This document shows positions 1 to 10,585 of a stretch of 64,000 bases of DNA, one piece after another. The stretch lies in the NCBI RefSeq assembly GCF_006345805.1, contig NW_021834235.1, forward strand, positions 7,027 through 71,026, given 5' to 3'. This DNA is from Octopus sinensis. Taxonomy: Eukaryota. Position 1 is the stretch's first letter, and the number at the start of each line of letters is the position of its first letter. Both the position numbers and the translations under genes were made by a program. The notes beneath the pieces were generated by a model that made no database searches, was not told the DNA's origin, and was given only the letters and a program-made list of their open reading frames with translations.

Positions 1-312
1 AAAAAATAGCAAAAAAATGGAAAAAAATGATGGTAAATTTTTTTTTGAGATTTAAAAAAGGTGGAGTTGCGTCCCCTAGACAGTTTGTGGTTTGTGTTTC
101 TCATTGTCGACCCCATGTCGAATTTATCGATTTTTTTCAGAACTGGGGGAACTTTTCAAAATTTTCGCTGCGTTAGTTTTGAATTATGACATTGGGCTAT
201 GTGTGTGTCAAGTTTCATCAGAATCGGTTGAAAGCCGTGGTCAGGGTGAGGGTACAAGCAAACAGACACACAGAAACACGCACAGACAAACTGCCGTTTA
301 TATAGAGAGAGA
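1..312 (-). mobile_element. Non-autonomous Helitron-like element, 5' part (3' end lies before the window)
   Basis: Plus strand ends ...acagacaaactgccgtttatatagagagaGA|T, i.e. 5'-TC on the minus strand next to a target T. Internal aagtttcatcagaatcggttg and ACAG-rich subterminal tract parallel the elements at 34293 and 46643. Confidence 0.55.
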
Positions 313-316
313 TTAC

Positions 317-890
317 AAGGCGGTGAGCTGGCAGAAACGTTAGCACGCCGGGCGAAATGCGTAGCCGTATTTCGTCTGCCGCTACGTTCTGAGTTCAAAT
401 TCAGCCGAGGTCGACTTTGCCTTTCATCCTTTCGGGGTCGATTAAATAAGTACCAGTTACGCACTGGGGCCGATATAATCGACTTAATCCGTTTGTCTGT
501 CCTTGTTTGTCCTCTCTGTGTTTAGCCCCTTGTGGGTAGTAAAGAAATAGGTATTTCGTCTGCCGCTACGTTCTGAGTTCAAATTCAGCCGAGGTCGACT
601 TTGCCTTTCATCCTTTCGGAGTCGATTAAATAAGTACCAGTTACCCACTGGGGTCGATATAATCGACTTAATCCGTTTGTCTGTCCTTGTTTGTCCTCTC
701 TATGTTTAGCCCCTTGTGGATAATAAAGAAATAGATATTTCGTCCGCCTTTACGTTCTGAGATCAAATTTCGCTAAGGTCCGCCTTGCCTTTCATTCTTT
801 CGGGGGTCGATAAAATAAATACCAGTAGAGCACTTGGAGGGGGGGTCGATGTAATCGATTTAGTCTCTTGTATCAACATTTAAAACCAAT
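317..890 (+). mobile_element. tRNA-derived SINE family A with three tandem 184-bp internal units
   Basis: Head aaggcggtgagctggcagaaacgttagc with gagttcaaat B-box-like motif. Unit starts (g/a)tatttcgtc at 367, 551 and 735. Confidence 0.85.
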
Positions 891-904
891 TCATTATAAA
901 TCAT

Positions 905-1118
905 AAGGCAGCGAGCTGGTCGAATCGTTAGCATGTCAGGCAAATTGCTTAGCAGCATTTCGTCCGTTTTCACGTTCTGAGTTCGAACTCCGCCGATATC
1001 GATTTTGCCTTTCATCTTTTTGGGATCGATAAAATAAGTACCAGTTGAGCACTGCAGTCTTTGAATAGGCTTATTCATTCGCCGAAGTTGGGGGCCCTGT
1101 CCCAAAATTTGAAACCAA
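905..1118 (+). mobile_element. SINE family A, diverged monomer
   Basis: aaggcagcgagctgg head, ttttgcctttcatc...gataaaataagtaccag core, cccaaaatttgaaacc tail. Confidence 0.75.
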
Positions 1119-1446
1119 CATATTATTAATCATTGACTTTGTTGGCATGACAATGAATTCCGTCCACTAGCATAGTTCTGGTTTAGGTGAATGAGTTTAA
1201 ACCTTTGTAACAATAACATCTTAGCTATTCTGAGCGTTTAATTACGAGGAATTCCATTTCTTAACATTACTGACACCCTAGCCAGATTTTTTAGATCATT
1301 CAACACTATGTACCAATCCTGATACGGCAACAATGTTGTCAAATACTAGATTTTGTCTTTAAATTGGATTTGTGTTCGTATAACAGCTGGTTGCCCACAT
1401 ATAGATTTACCCTGGTTTTGTGATTTAGAAAAGACACTGCAACGTT

Positions 1447-1777
1447 GGAGCAATGGTTGTTTGCCAGCATAACATGGCAGTCCTGGTTTAGGATGAATGT
1501 TGCTGTAATCTAACCCCAGGAGACATCGTCTCCGGCTGGTTATACGACACGATCTGTGTCCTTATATTTTCGAACAAGGGAATCTAGCACCCCCCACTCA
1601 GCTGAAAACAATATCTGTGTATCGTGATTTCCGGGTTATTTCCCTTCATCAGTACAGAATAATTGTTCTGATCGTTTCGTATAGTCAGCTGGAGACGATG
1701 TCTCCTGGGACTAAATTACAGCAAGACTCGTCCTAAACCAGAACTGCTATGTTATGTTGGCAAACAATCTTTACTCC
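1447..1777. repeat. Inverted-repeat element with 108-bp arms and a 115-bp spacer
   Basis: 1447-1554 is the approximate reverse complement of 1670-1777 (e.g. cccaggagacatcgtctcc / ggagacgatgtctcctggg). Confidence 0.8.
1615..1657 (-). ncRNA. Minimal type-I hammerhead-ribozyme-like motif
   Basis: Minus strand reads CTGTA-CTGATGA-A-GGG-AAATAA-CCC-G-GAA-ATC-AC-GAT-A-CACAG. Confidence 0.55.
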
Positions 1778-1993
1778 AAAGTACTCTTGCTGAATATCTC
1801 TCGTTGTGAGATTTAAAAACAGCAATTCACTGCAACGTTGTTTAGCATTATTGATCCTTCAGTCAATGAAAGAATTCTTCCCAACGGGAATATACAGATC
1901 CATACATGTAAATTAATATATCGCAAGTATATCGAGAATATGTAGATCCATAACATAGCTTAATTAAAGAATTTAATCGTAAATATTCTGAAG

Positions 1994-2350
1994 GATATTT
2001 CGTCCGCCCATACGTTCGGGGTTCAAATTCGACCCTAGTCGAGTACTGGAATCCATGTAATCGATTTACCCTCTCTCCCAAGAAATTGCTGGCCTCGTGC
2101 CAAAATTTGAAACCGATGTTTTATCATGGGTTGAGACGATCTGGCAGAATCGTTAGAGCGCTGGACAAATTATTTAGCGGCATGTCATCCATCTTTACGT
2201 TCTGAGTTTAAATTCTGACGGGGTGTACTTTGCTTTACATATTTTCGGGATCGATAAGGTAAGTACCACTTGCGCATTGGGGGTTGATGTAATCGACTGC
2301 CCAACATCCACCCACCCACCACCGAAAAAAATGTCAGCCTTTATGTCTAT
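1994..2350 (+). mobile_element. Two degenerate SINE family A copies
   Basis: tatttcgtcc...gttcaaattc, gatgtaatcgact and ctggcagaatcgttag motifs. Confidence 0.55.
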
Positions 2351-3802
2351 TATAGAAAAAATATTTTATCGTACGGGACACGCGTGCCTTTTCAGAAGCG
2401 AATCAATTGGTAGAAATTCAAAGCTGATATAATTTTTACTATTTGGAAAACCTTCTGGACACTGTTTTGGTTGCAGTATTGATGTAGTGGACAGTGATCA
2501 GAGACTAAGGGTGGGTGTGCAGAATGTGCTAAGTTTGTGGTTGTCCTGGATGGGTGTTCACCAGTAAAAGGAGGTGCAGGGATGAGTATCAATGCCGTTG
2601 AATGAGATAAAACATGGCTAAGAATAACAACATCGTATCACGTTCGTACAAGGCGGATTCTATCAGCAAATAGCCATGTCTTACATAATAGTAACACTTC
2701 GATAAAAGTTTTAAAAAACGAGTAATTATTTCCTTAATCACGAGATCTATGTCTGTAACAAGCGTTCTTCATGCTTTCAGAGACCACGTGCAATAGTTAA
2801 AAGATCAGCTCACTGTAAAATAATAAAAGAAAAGACATTTTTTCTTCGTTTTTATTTCCTGAAATGGAGAATTTTCTACATCACACTAGCTCTTGCTTTT
2901 TTTTATATTTTACTACCAACTTAAATTGACAGTTGTTCAAGCTCAAACATGTGTAATACGATAAAGGACTGTCCCTCCCTCTATTCAATACAGAAAACAC
3001 TTAGCTCTTAATGTAGTCGTAGTTTTTCAATGGAATGAACAAATGTTTTTCTTACGCATTGACGTATCTTCACATATCATAAAATATACACCCGTTTCCC
3101 CTAGGGTCCATATAACCTTTCTTATCCCCTATCCCCTTTTATTCATATACTTTCACTGATATAAATTTCTTTTGCGGTCTATAAATCACGTGAATGTTTA
3201 CAACGACGTTATAAATCCATCAGTAACACCCTCTCTCTCTCTCTCTCCCCTCTCTCTCTCCCCCTCTCTCTCTCTCTCCCCTCTCTCTCTCTCTATCTAT
3301 CTATATATATGTATATATATATATCACTTTCTACCATGCGCGCGCGCGATTTTCAACGAACGACGTGATCACCCAGCCTCAGTTGATGCCTCATTGACCA
3401 AAAGCACCGCCAACACTCGCAAGAACATTTATTTTTCACACACCTTCACACATATTTCACTGACATTACAGTAAAACCCGCTTCAGTTACCCATTTTCAG
3501 CTTTCAACAAGCGAAATATGAATATGTCCCTCTCTGTGTCTGCAACCCATGACATTCAATAGAGTTGTTTGTACCACCCACATATGTCTACCCTCTATCT
3601 TAGTAGTAAATCAAGATTCTATTTCACTCCCCGCCCTTCACACTCACAACCAATCTTTATTAAAACACACTGTTTCGTCTGTAGATACTTTTCACTTTCA
3701 TAACTTCTTAGTAGAAGCCAACACTAGAACCGCTTGGAGATTCGTCTGCCTGCTAGAAATAGCAGCCAAGTCTACATCAAATAATATATCTTTAAAGCGC
3801 AG

Positions 3803-4165
3803 AAATGGCTGTATGGTTAAGAAGCTCGCTTTGCAACCTCGAGGTTTTAGGTTCAGTCTCACTGCGTCGCACCTGAACCGACCAAAGCTTTGCGAGTAAA
3901 TTTGGTAGACGGAAACTGTGAGGACGTCCATCATATGTATGTGCGTGTGCATGTGTGTGCGTATGCATGTATGCATGTGTGTGTTTGCCCTCCTCCAACC
4001 GCATCACTTGACAACCGGTGTTGGTTTGTTCATATCCCCGCAACTTAGCAGTTCGGTATAAGAAATCAATAGTATCAGACTTGATGTACTTGCTCGACTA
4101 AACCCTTTAATGCGGTACACCAGTACGGCTGCAATCCAATAACTGAACCAAGGAAGAAAAGATAT
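3803..4165 (+). mobile_element. SINE family B (CORE-like head, microsatellite, 3' module), degenerate
   Basis: ggctgtatggttaagaagc head, gtagacggaaactg, (TG)n, gacaaccggtgttgg...ccccgcaacttagcagttcgg. Confidence 0.65.
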
Positions 4166-4427
4166 AAAGATATTAAATGTGGAGACATTGAATCTTGCAG
4201 CTCTAGGTAAATTGTGCCTGGATAAGAAAAGATGCCCGTAATTCTATATTTGCTCGATCAGGGCATAACCTTGGTCTCATAATAACATGTCCACCAACGC
4301 CAAAGCCTCAACAACAACAACAACAAGTTCCAAGTCGTCTCCCTTTAGAAATTGAGATCTTCAGTAAAGAAAAACTAAAAATTTTGTTCGACAAATTTTA
4401 AAATCGTTATTTTTAATGAAATCTTTC

Positions 4428-4701
4428 AAACAAAAACAATTGCAGCGTGGAAAACGTTTATAAACCATTTAAAAACAGACAAAAACCGTTAGATTCACTT
4501 CAACATTTAAATTTAATTTGTCAAAATATTTTGGCCGCTTTGAGACCGCGACCACTGACAAAATTCCGTGCAGCAGGTCGCGGTCTCAAAGCGACGAAAA
4601 TATTTTGACAAATTAAATTTAAATGTTGAAGTGAATCAAACGGTTTTTGTCTATTTTTAAATGGCTTACAAACACCTCCTACGCTGCAATTGTTTTTGTT
4701 T
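4428..4701. repeat. Long palindrome with 126-bp arms and a 22-bp spacer
   Basis: 4428-4553 vs 4576-4701: aacatttaaatttaatttgtcaaaatattt / aaatattttgacaaattaaatttaaatgtt and gagaccgcgacc / ggtcgcggtctc. Confidence 0.9.
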
Positions 4702-4904
4702 CAGCACACGATCTCAGATCAGGTCAGTTGCTATGCAAGTACACCTCCGTAACTTTCCTTGGATTTTGTTAGGCTAAATAGAGAGTCGCTGGGCCTAACT
4801 TTCGCAAGTTACATTTTTAAGTAGCTTAAGTAAGGATATGATTAATTAATTAATTAATCAATTAATGAAGTTTATAAAGTTGACTATAGAAACTTTTCAC
4901 ATAT

Positions 4905-5130
4905 ATCGTTTACTTGTTTCAATCATTCGACTGTGGCCATGCTGGGGCACCACCTTTAAGGGGTGAATCGATTAAATTGATCCCAGAAATTATTTTTTTA
5001 AAGTCTGGTACTTATTCTATCAGGCTCTTTTAACCGAACCGCTTTGTTACGGGGGCGTAAACAAACCAACACCGGTTGTCAAGCGGTGGTAGGGGACGTA
5101 CACATATACAATGACAAACACACAATCATA
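4905..5130 (-). mobile_element. SINE family B, 3' module
   Basis: ttacttgtttcaatcattcgactgtggccatgctgg...gttacgggggcgtaaacaaaccaacaccggttgtcaagcg. Confidence 0.7.
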
Positions 5131-5150
5131 CGTACTCACATGGAAACACA

Positions 5151-5185
<35 letters not shown>

Positions 5186-5398
5186 ATCTATATCTATATA
5201 TATATACATACATATATAATATATATATATTATATATATATATATATATATTTATATATAGAGGGCATTATTATACATACATGCCAGGAGGCATTATATA
5301 TACATGCCAAACGCTAAGAGGGACAATCAGTCATTTCTACCAAAATATTACTAATCCCACCGAATGCAATTTTTCAAAGTAAGACATTTAAAAATATA

Positions 5399-5441
5399 GG
5401 CCTATCACAGTGATTTCATACTTACGTATCATCAGCAGGCC
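5399..5441 (-). ncRNA. Degenerate hammerhead-like motif
   Basis: Minus strand reads GGCCTG-CTGATGA-TAC-GTAA-GTA-T-GAA-ATCAC-T-GTGAT-AGGCC. The stem I / cleavage-site register is off. Confidence 0.4.
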
Positions 5442-5616
5442 TGAATGTATTATAAATAAACAACGACCCTGCCTCGCTTAAGCCGATCAGCTAACTGATC
5501 AACATCAACGAAGCACATGGGTGAGTTTATATATATTACAGGCAAATCCGGGTGAATGGCCAACTTTTACAAATTGCATTTCGGGAGAGGAAAATTTTTT
5601 TTTCGGAATAAAAATT

Positions 5617-5781
5617 TTGCAATTAAGGACAACTACTTAATAAGGAAAACTTAACAAGAAATTTGTCAGGTAGATAGCGTAAAAACCTCATAAGAGAAAA
5701 AATTTCTTATGAGGTGTTTACGCTATCTACCTGACAATTTCTTGTTAAGTTTTCCTTATTAAGTAGTTGTCCTTATTGCAA
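5617..5781. repeat. Near-perfect fold-back with about 78-bp arms and a 9-bp spacer
   Basis: 5617-5695 vs 5705-5781 differ at only about 3 positions. Confidence 0.9.
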
Positions 5782-5828
5782 TCTATATATATATATATAT
5801 AATTAATATTATATATATATATATATAT

Positions 5829-5877
<49 letters not shown>

Positions 5878-6433
5878 AAATGGGGCAAGAACGCAAACAT
5901 CCAGACAGGTGATACAAAAAGGGACAACAAAACATCTAGATAGACGATGCAAGGAAAACAAGGACGGGTCATTCGGAGTTTTCTATTCTCAGTCGAGTTC
6001 CAGATTATATTTGCAATTTCGGCTGGTTAAACTCGAGATTGCTCCAATCTGGCCAGCCCCAAGGGAAAACTAAGCTAAGAGCATTAGATTCCTTGGAAGA
6101 AAGCAGTGAATATATATCAGGCGGTGCTCCAGCGTGGCCACAGTCAGATGACTGAAACAAGTAAAAGAGTAAAAGAGTATATATATATATATCTATATAT
6201 AAATATATATATAAAAGCGATTGCGAAACCGGTTGTTATGTTGGAAGAAAAAAATCTTATTTTGTACAATATTGTATGATACTTTTACTATCATGATTCT
6301 TATGTATTCTTCAGTCTGTTAAAACAAATCTTCCATGTTTTTTCATCTTCATTTTTTTTCGTGATTATGTCTGCGTGTGAGTGTGTGTGAGTGTGTGTGT
6401 GTGTGTTTGTGGGTGGGTGTGTGTACATATCTA

Positions 6434-6582
6434 AGGAGTGGCTGTGCGGTAAGTACCTTGCTTACCAACCACATGGTTCCTGGTTGAGTCTCACTGCATG
6501 ACACCTTGGGCACCTGTCTTGTGAGTGGATTTGGTAGACGGAAACTGAAAGAAACCCCTCGTATATATATATATATATATAT

Positions 6583-6634
<52 letters not shown>

Positions 6635-6806
6635 ATGCTTGTGGGTCTGTGTTTACGTCACCGTAACTTAGCGGTTCAGCAAAAGAGTCCGATAGAATAA
6701 GTACTAGGCTTACAAATAATAAGTCCTGGGTGTCGATTTGTTTGACTGAAGGCGATGCTCCAGCATGGCCACAGTCAAATGATTGAAACAGCTAAAACAA
6801 TAAAAG
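6434..6806 (+). mobile_element. SINE family B, near full length
   Basis: aggagtggctgtgcggtaag...accttggg...gtagacggaaactgaaagaa-(TA)n(TG)n-...ctccagcatggccacagtcaaatgattgaaac. Confidence 0.8.
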
Positions 6807-6820
6807 TAATATATACAACA

Positions 6821-6972
6821 GTCTTCTACGTTGTTTCCGCCAACCAGATTCACTCGTAAGGCATTGGTCGTCCCGGGGATGCAGTAGAAATCACTTATCC
6901 AAGGTGCCCTACACTGGGATTGATCTCAAACTGTATCATTGCAAAGCGAGTTTCTTATCCATACAGCTATGC
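6821..6972 (-). mobile_element. SINE family B head, degenerate
   Basis: gtttccgccaaccagattcactc...cacttatccaaggtgcc...actgggattga. Confidence 0.55.
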
Positions 6973-7149
6973 TTAGGACTATATGGTTAAATTAATGACG
7001 TAAAGACCAATATGGTTGAAAAAGAGACTGCCTAATGAGGGAAGGGGGTTAAAAGATGTGCTTAAGGGATTATGGAGTAGAAAGCAGTTAGATGTGTCGT
7101 ATGATCTGAAAATTCTGGGACCAAAGTAGAAGTTTAAATGAGTAAATAT

Positions 7150-7377
7150 GTTTCTTTATTAACTACATGTGGCTAAACATAGAGGGGACAAACAAGGACA
7201 GACAAACGGATTAAGTTGATTACATTGACCCCAGTGCGTAACTGGTACTTAATTTATCGACCCCGAAAAGATGAAAGGCAAAGTCGACCTCGGCAGAATT
7301 TGAACCCAGAACGTAACGGCAAACGAAATACGGCTACGCATTTCGCCCGGCGTGCTAACGTTTCTGCCAGCTCACCG
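7150..7377 (-). mobile_element. SINE family A monomer with linker
   Basis: Reverse complement of head, core and ccgtttgtctgtccttgtttgtcc linker. Confidence 0.85.
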
Positions 7378-7579
7378 AAATGAGCAAATAGATAAATATA
7401 ATAATGTGTGTGTGTGTGTGTGTTATTGTTGAAGTTGTTGCTTAAATCCCAGGTCGCTCCAGATCTTGTAGACATAATTAATATGTGAGCCGATCCTCCC
7501 GTGACCTTCTCGCTTTTCGGACATGATTTACCTGGGACTGTATTAACCATTGTATTGCAGCTGCTTTCAGCAATCTCTT

Positions 7580-7616
7580 CTCGCTTCTCTCTCTCTCTCC
7601 CCCCCTCTCTCTCTCA

Positions 7617-7650
<34 letters not shown>

Positions 7651-8000
7651 ACACACGTACTCTCTCTTTACCCCTCTCTCTTACATTCTCTCTCTTTTTT
7701 TCGCTCATTGTTCAGATTTAACTCTTTCCGTGTTCCTACACCGCACTCTTTTCTCTTTCTCCCAATCTCACTCTCTCTTTCTCTCTCCTTTTCTCTTTCT
7801 TCCCCCCTCTTCTCTCCCTCTCTCATTGTTCAAATTTAACTCTTACCCTCTCTTTCTATACCGCACTCTTTTCTCTTTCTCTCTCTCTCTCTTTCTCTCT
7901 CCCCCTCTCTCTTTCTCTCTCCTTTTCTTTCGATTTCTCCTTTCTTGCTTTCTTTCTTTCTTTCTCTCTCCTTTTCTCTCTCTCTCTCTCCTTCTCTCTT
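7580..8000. repeat. Polypyrimidine (CT)n/(CA)n compound tract
   Basis: Direct inspection. Includes a local duplication of tac(a)ccgcactcttttctctttct. Confidence 0.9.
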
Positions 8001-8214
8001 ATTAGCAGAACACTGTTTCACTTCCTTCATTCTAAAACATGAGTGACAGGGAAAAACCCTCAACACACAAACTAGCCACTTGAACTTCGTTTTCACACAA
8101 ACTTTATCAACAGATTTACTGTTAAACAAACACACATCGCTCTTTAGACTAAATAGGATTTAGTTATCTGCTTCAATTTTTTAAAGCTATTTCGTTTTTT
8201 TTTAAATTATTTAC

Positions 8215-8425
8215 CTGTCCTAAGCATTTTCATAAGTTTGTTTGAAACGTCCACGCTTGTCTTCAGTTTTTTGGTCAGCCCGTTTTTTCATACGTTCTGA
8301 GTAATACAAGCGTCCCTTTCATAAGTCCCAACTTGATTGAAAAAATGGGGATCTGTATCATATATAATGCATGGTTGCCAGAGAAATATGTTCTGTGATA
8401 CACAGAACAAACAAACAGTCAAAAC
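8215..8425. mobile_element. Degenerate relative of the piggyBac-type MITE at 41223
   Basis: Shares aagcatttt(c/g)ataagtttg...aaacgtcc.cgct...gtcagcc...tttcatac...cctttcata...atgcatg.tt.cc.gagaaatatgt; TIRs decayed. Confidence 0.5.
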
Positions 8426-8876
8426 AAAGAAGTCACGATGTGATTTGAGTAGAACCAGTAAGTTACTTCTAACGAGGGCAGTAACTGTACAATGGTTTCC
8501 CCGTTGCAAGTTGATTGTTGTCATTGAAAACGAAGCATTCTCAATTGATTAGTCGCTTTTTCGGACCCAGTACAGACTAGCAGACGATTTTGAAAGAGAT
8601 ATTGAAACACTGCGACTGAATGGCTGTTATTTTTTACGGCAATTCATCACGCTTGACGTACGTTGTAGATGAGAAGAGGAAATCTGGGCTTTGGGATGTA
8701 ATGTTTGATTTGAACAAAACGTATTGTCTCTAGAACAGATAAATGGATGTTTTAAAAATGACTGATTACTATATACAAGTGTTGGAATTTGGAATTTGGA
8801 ATTTGGATACCTGTTTGTGATTTCTGCAGATAAAAAACACATACCCGCATGCATATAGCTGTATATAAAGGTGTGT

Positions 8877-8932
<56 letters not shown>

Positions 8933-9014
8933 GCGTGCGCGCGCGTGTATGTGTGTGTGTGTGTGATATCAATAGTTCATGTATCCGATAAAAGAAGCAC
9001 ACTCTAAAGTATTA

Positions 9015-10230
9015 GAGAAGTGGCTGTGTTGTAAGAAGTTTGCTTCCCAACCACATGGTTTTGGGTTCAGTGGACTTGAGTGGACTTGATAGACGGAAAC
9101 TGAAAAGAGCCCGTTGTGTATATGGCGTTCCTTCGACCGGACTGGTCATGATTTTCTGAGCTCCTCGCTCAATCCCTCCCTTTAGGTCAGTTTTCATTTC
9201 TCCTTTGCGTTACCCATTTTTGTCTTGTCTTGCGGCCCTAAGACTTTTTATGCTGTATATGTATCATTTTCATATTAACTGTTGCTTTCGTGTGGCCCTA
9301 GCCTTTATTCTCTTTATTCGCCCGTCTACTAACGGTCTCGTCTAGAGCCCATTTCGTCTTGTTACGTTTTGGTCCCACTCCCGGCAAGTTTCTTACCGGT
9401 GCCTTAAGAGTAGTAGCAATATTACCGATAATGGCCGAAATTGCGTTTTGAGCCTCTGGTCGATAACTGAAGACGAGTTGGCGACCGTCCGTGTTTCCTG
9501 TTCGTTTGTGTATTTAGTCTATATTCGTATGTTTATTTACTATACGTGTTTTTTAATCATATATATATATAGGTATGTCATATTTTTCGTTTCTTGCTTT
9601 TTTTTTTATTTAGCCCTGAAAAAAAAATATATATTAACTTAGAGGATATGTTAACTTCGTGAAGGGATGGTTTCATCCAAGGAAATACTGGTTGAATACC
9701 TAGTATTGTTGAGGAAGGAAATTCCCTTAAAACAATAGGTATATATTAAGCATATAGTTATATCCAGTTAAAAGAAGAAAAGAACATGGATATAAGGAAG
9801 TTAACAATTATTTATTATTAACAAATTAGTCGCTTTCGCATCTTACAGCCGTTTCAATTAATACTCAATAATCTAATTAAAATTTGTACATTAAATTTGC
9901 ATTTATGTGAGATGTGCTTAATTTCATCAGAGAAAAAAGATGTACCTTGGGATGTTATATGTGGAGCTGTCAATTCATATCAAATATATATTTGTGTATG
10001 TCTTTGTGGTTGTATTTGCCCCCCACCCCACCCCCATCACTACATGACAACCAGTGTTAGTGTCTTTACGTCCCCGTAACTTAGCAATTCTGCAAAAGCG
10101 GACGATCGAATAAGTACCAGGCCTTAAAAATAAGTCCTGGGGTTGATTTGTTCGACTAAAACCATCCAAGGCGGTGCTCCAGTATGGCCGCAGTAAAATG
10201 ACTGAAACACGTTAAAGAATAAATAAAAGA
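9015..10230 (+). mobile_element. SINE family B split by about 860 bp of inserted repeats
   Basis: Head 9015-9122 ends aaagagcccgttg. The 3' module resumes near 9990 (tgtgtatgtctttg...ccccgtaacttagc...atgactgaaac). Confidence 0.7.
9841..9933 (-). ncRNA. Type-I hammerhead-like motif with fully canonical core
   Basis: Minus strand reads TCT-CTGATGA-AATTAA-[56 nt]-TTAATT-GAA-AC-GGCT-GT-A-AGA, giving a GUA triplet. Confidence 0.65.
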
Positions 10231-10269
10231 ACAATGTATTCTTTAGGAAGTCAAAAGTTATGGGCCGAT

Positions 10270-10402
10270 CATAGAGTGACCGTTGGTTTCGCACCCAAAA
10301 AGCGCTTAGCAGCATAGGCAAATCCGCGGACTCGAATGACTGAAGGCGCAGTCCCCTGTACACCTGAGCGCTTTATAGATGCGAAACAATGGTCACTTTA
10401 TG
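10270..10402. repeat. Imperfect inverted repeat with about 37-bp arms
   Basis: catagagtgaccgttggtttcgca / tgcgaaacaatggtcactttatg, and aaagcgct / agcgcttt. Confidence 0.6.
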
Positions 10403-10444
10403 ACGGCATATGTATGCCCATGATTAAACGTCGGTAATATACTG

Positions 10445-10448
10445 GTAG

Positions 10449-10504
<56 letters not shown>

Positions 10505-10505
10505 G

Positions 10506-10576
<71 letters not shown>

Positions 10577-10585
10577 GAGATAGAT
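10445..10585. repeat. (AGAT)n microsatellite, representative of dozens of SSRs in the window: (TA)n, (CA)n, (ATCT)n, (ATGT)n, (AAT)n
   Basis: Direct inspection. Confidence 0.95.

Noticed and set aside
367-868. Regularly spaced repeats as a possible CRISPR array
   Set aside because: The whole 184-bp unit is repeated with no unique spacers, the context is eukaryotic, and there are no cas genes.
9398-9455. CTTAAGA...GGCC-GAAA-TTGCG possible decayed hammerhead
   Set aside because: Core, stem I and stem III all need corrections; too degenerate to call.
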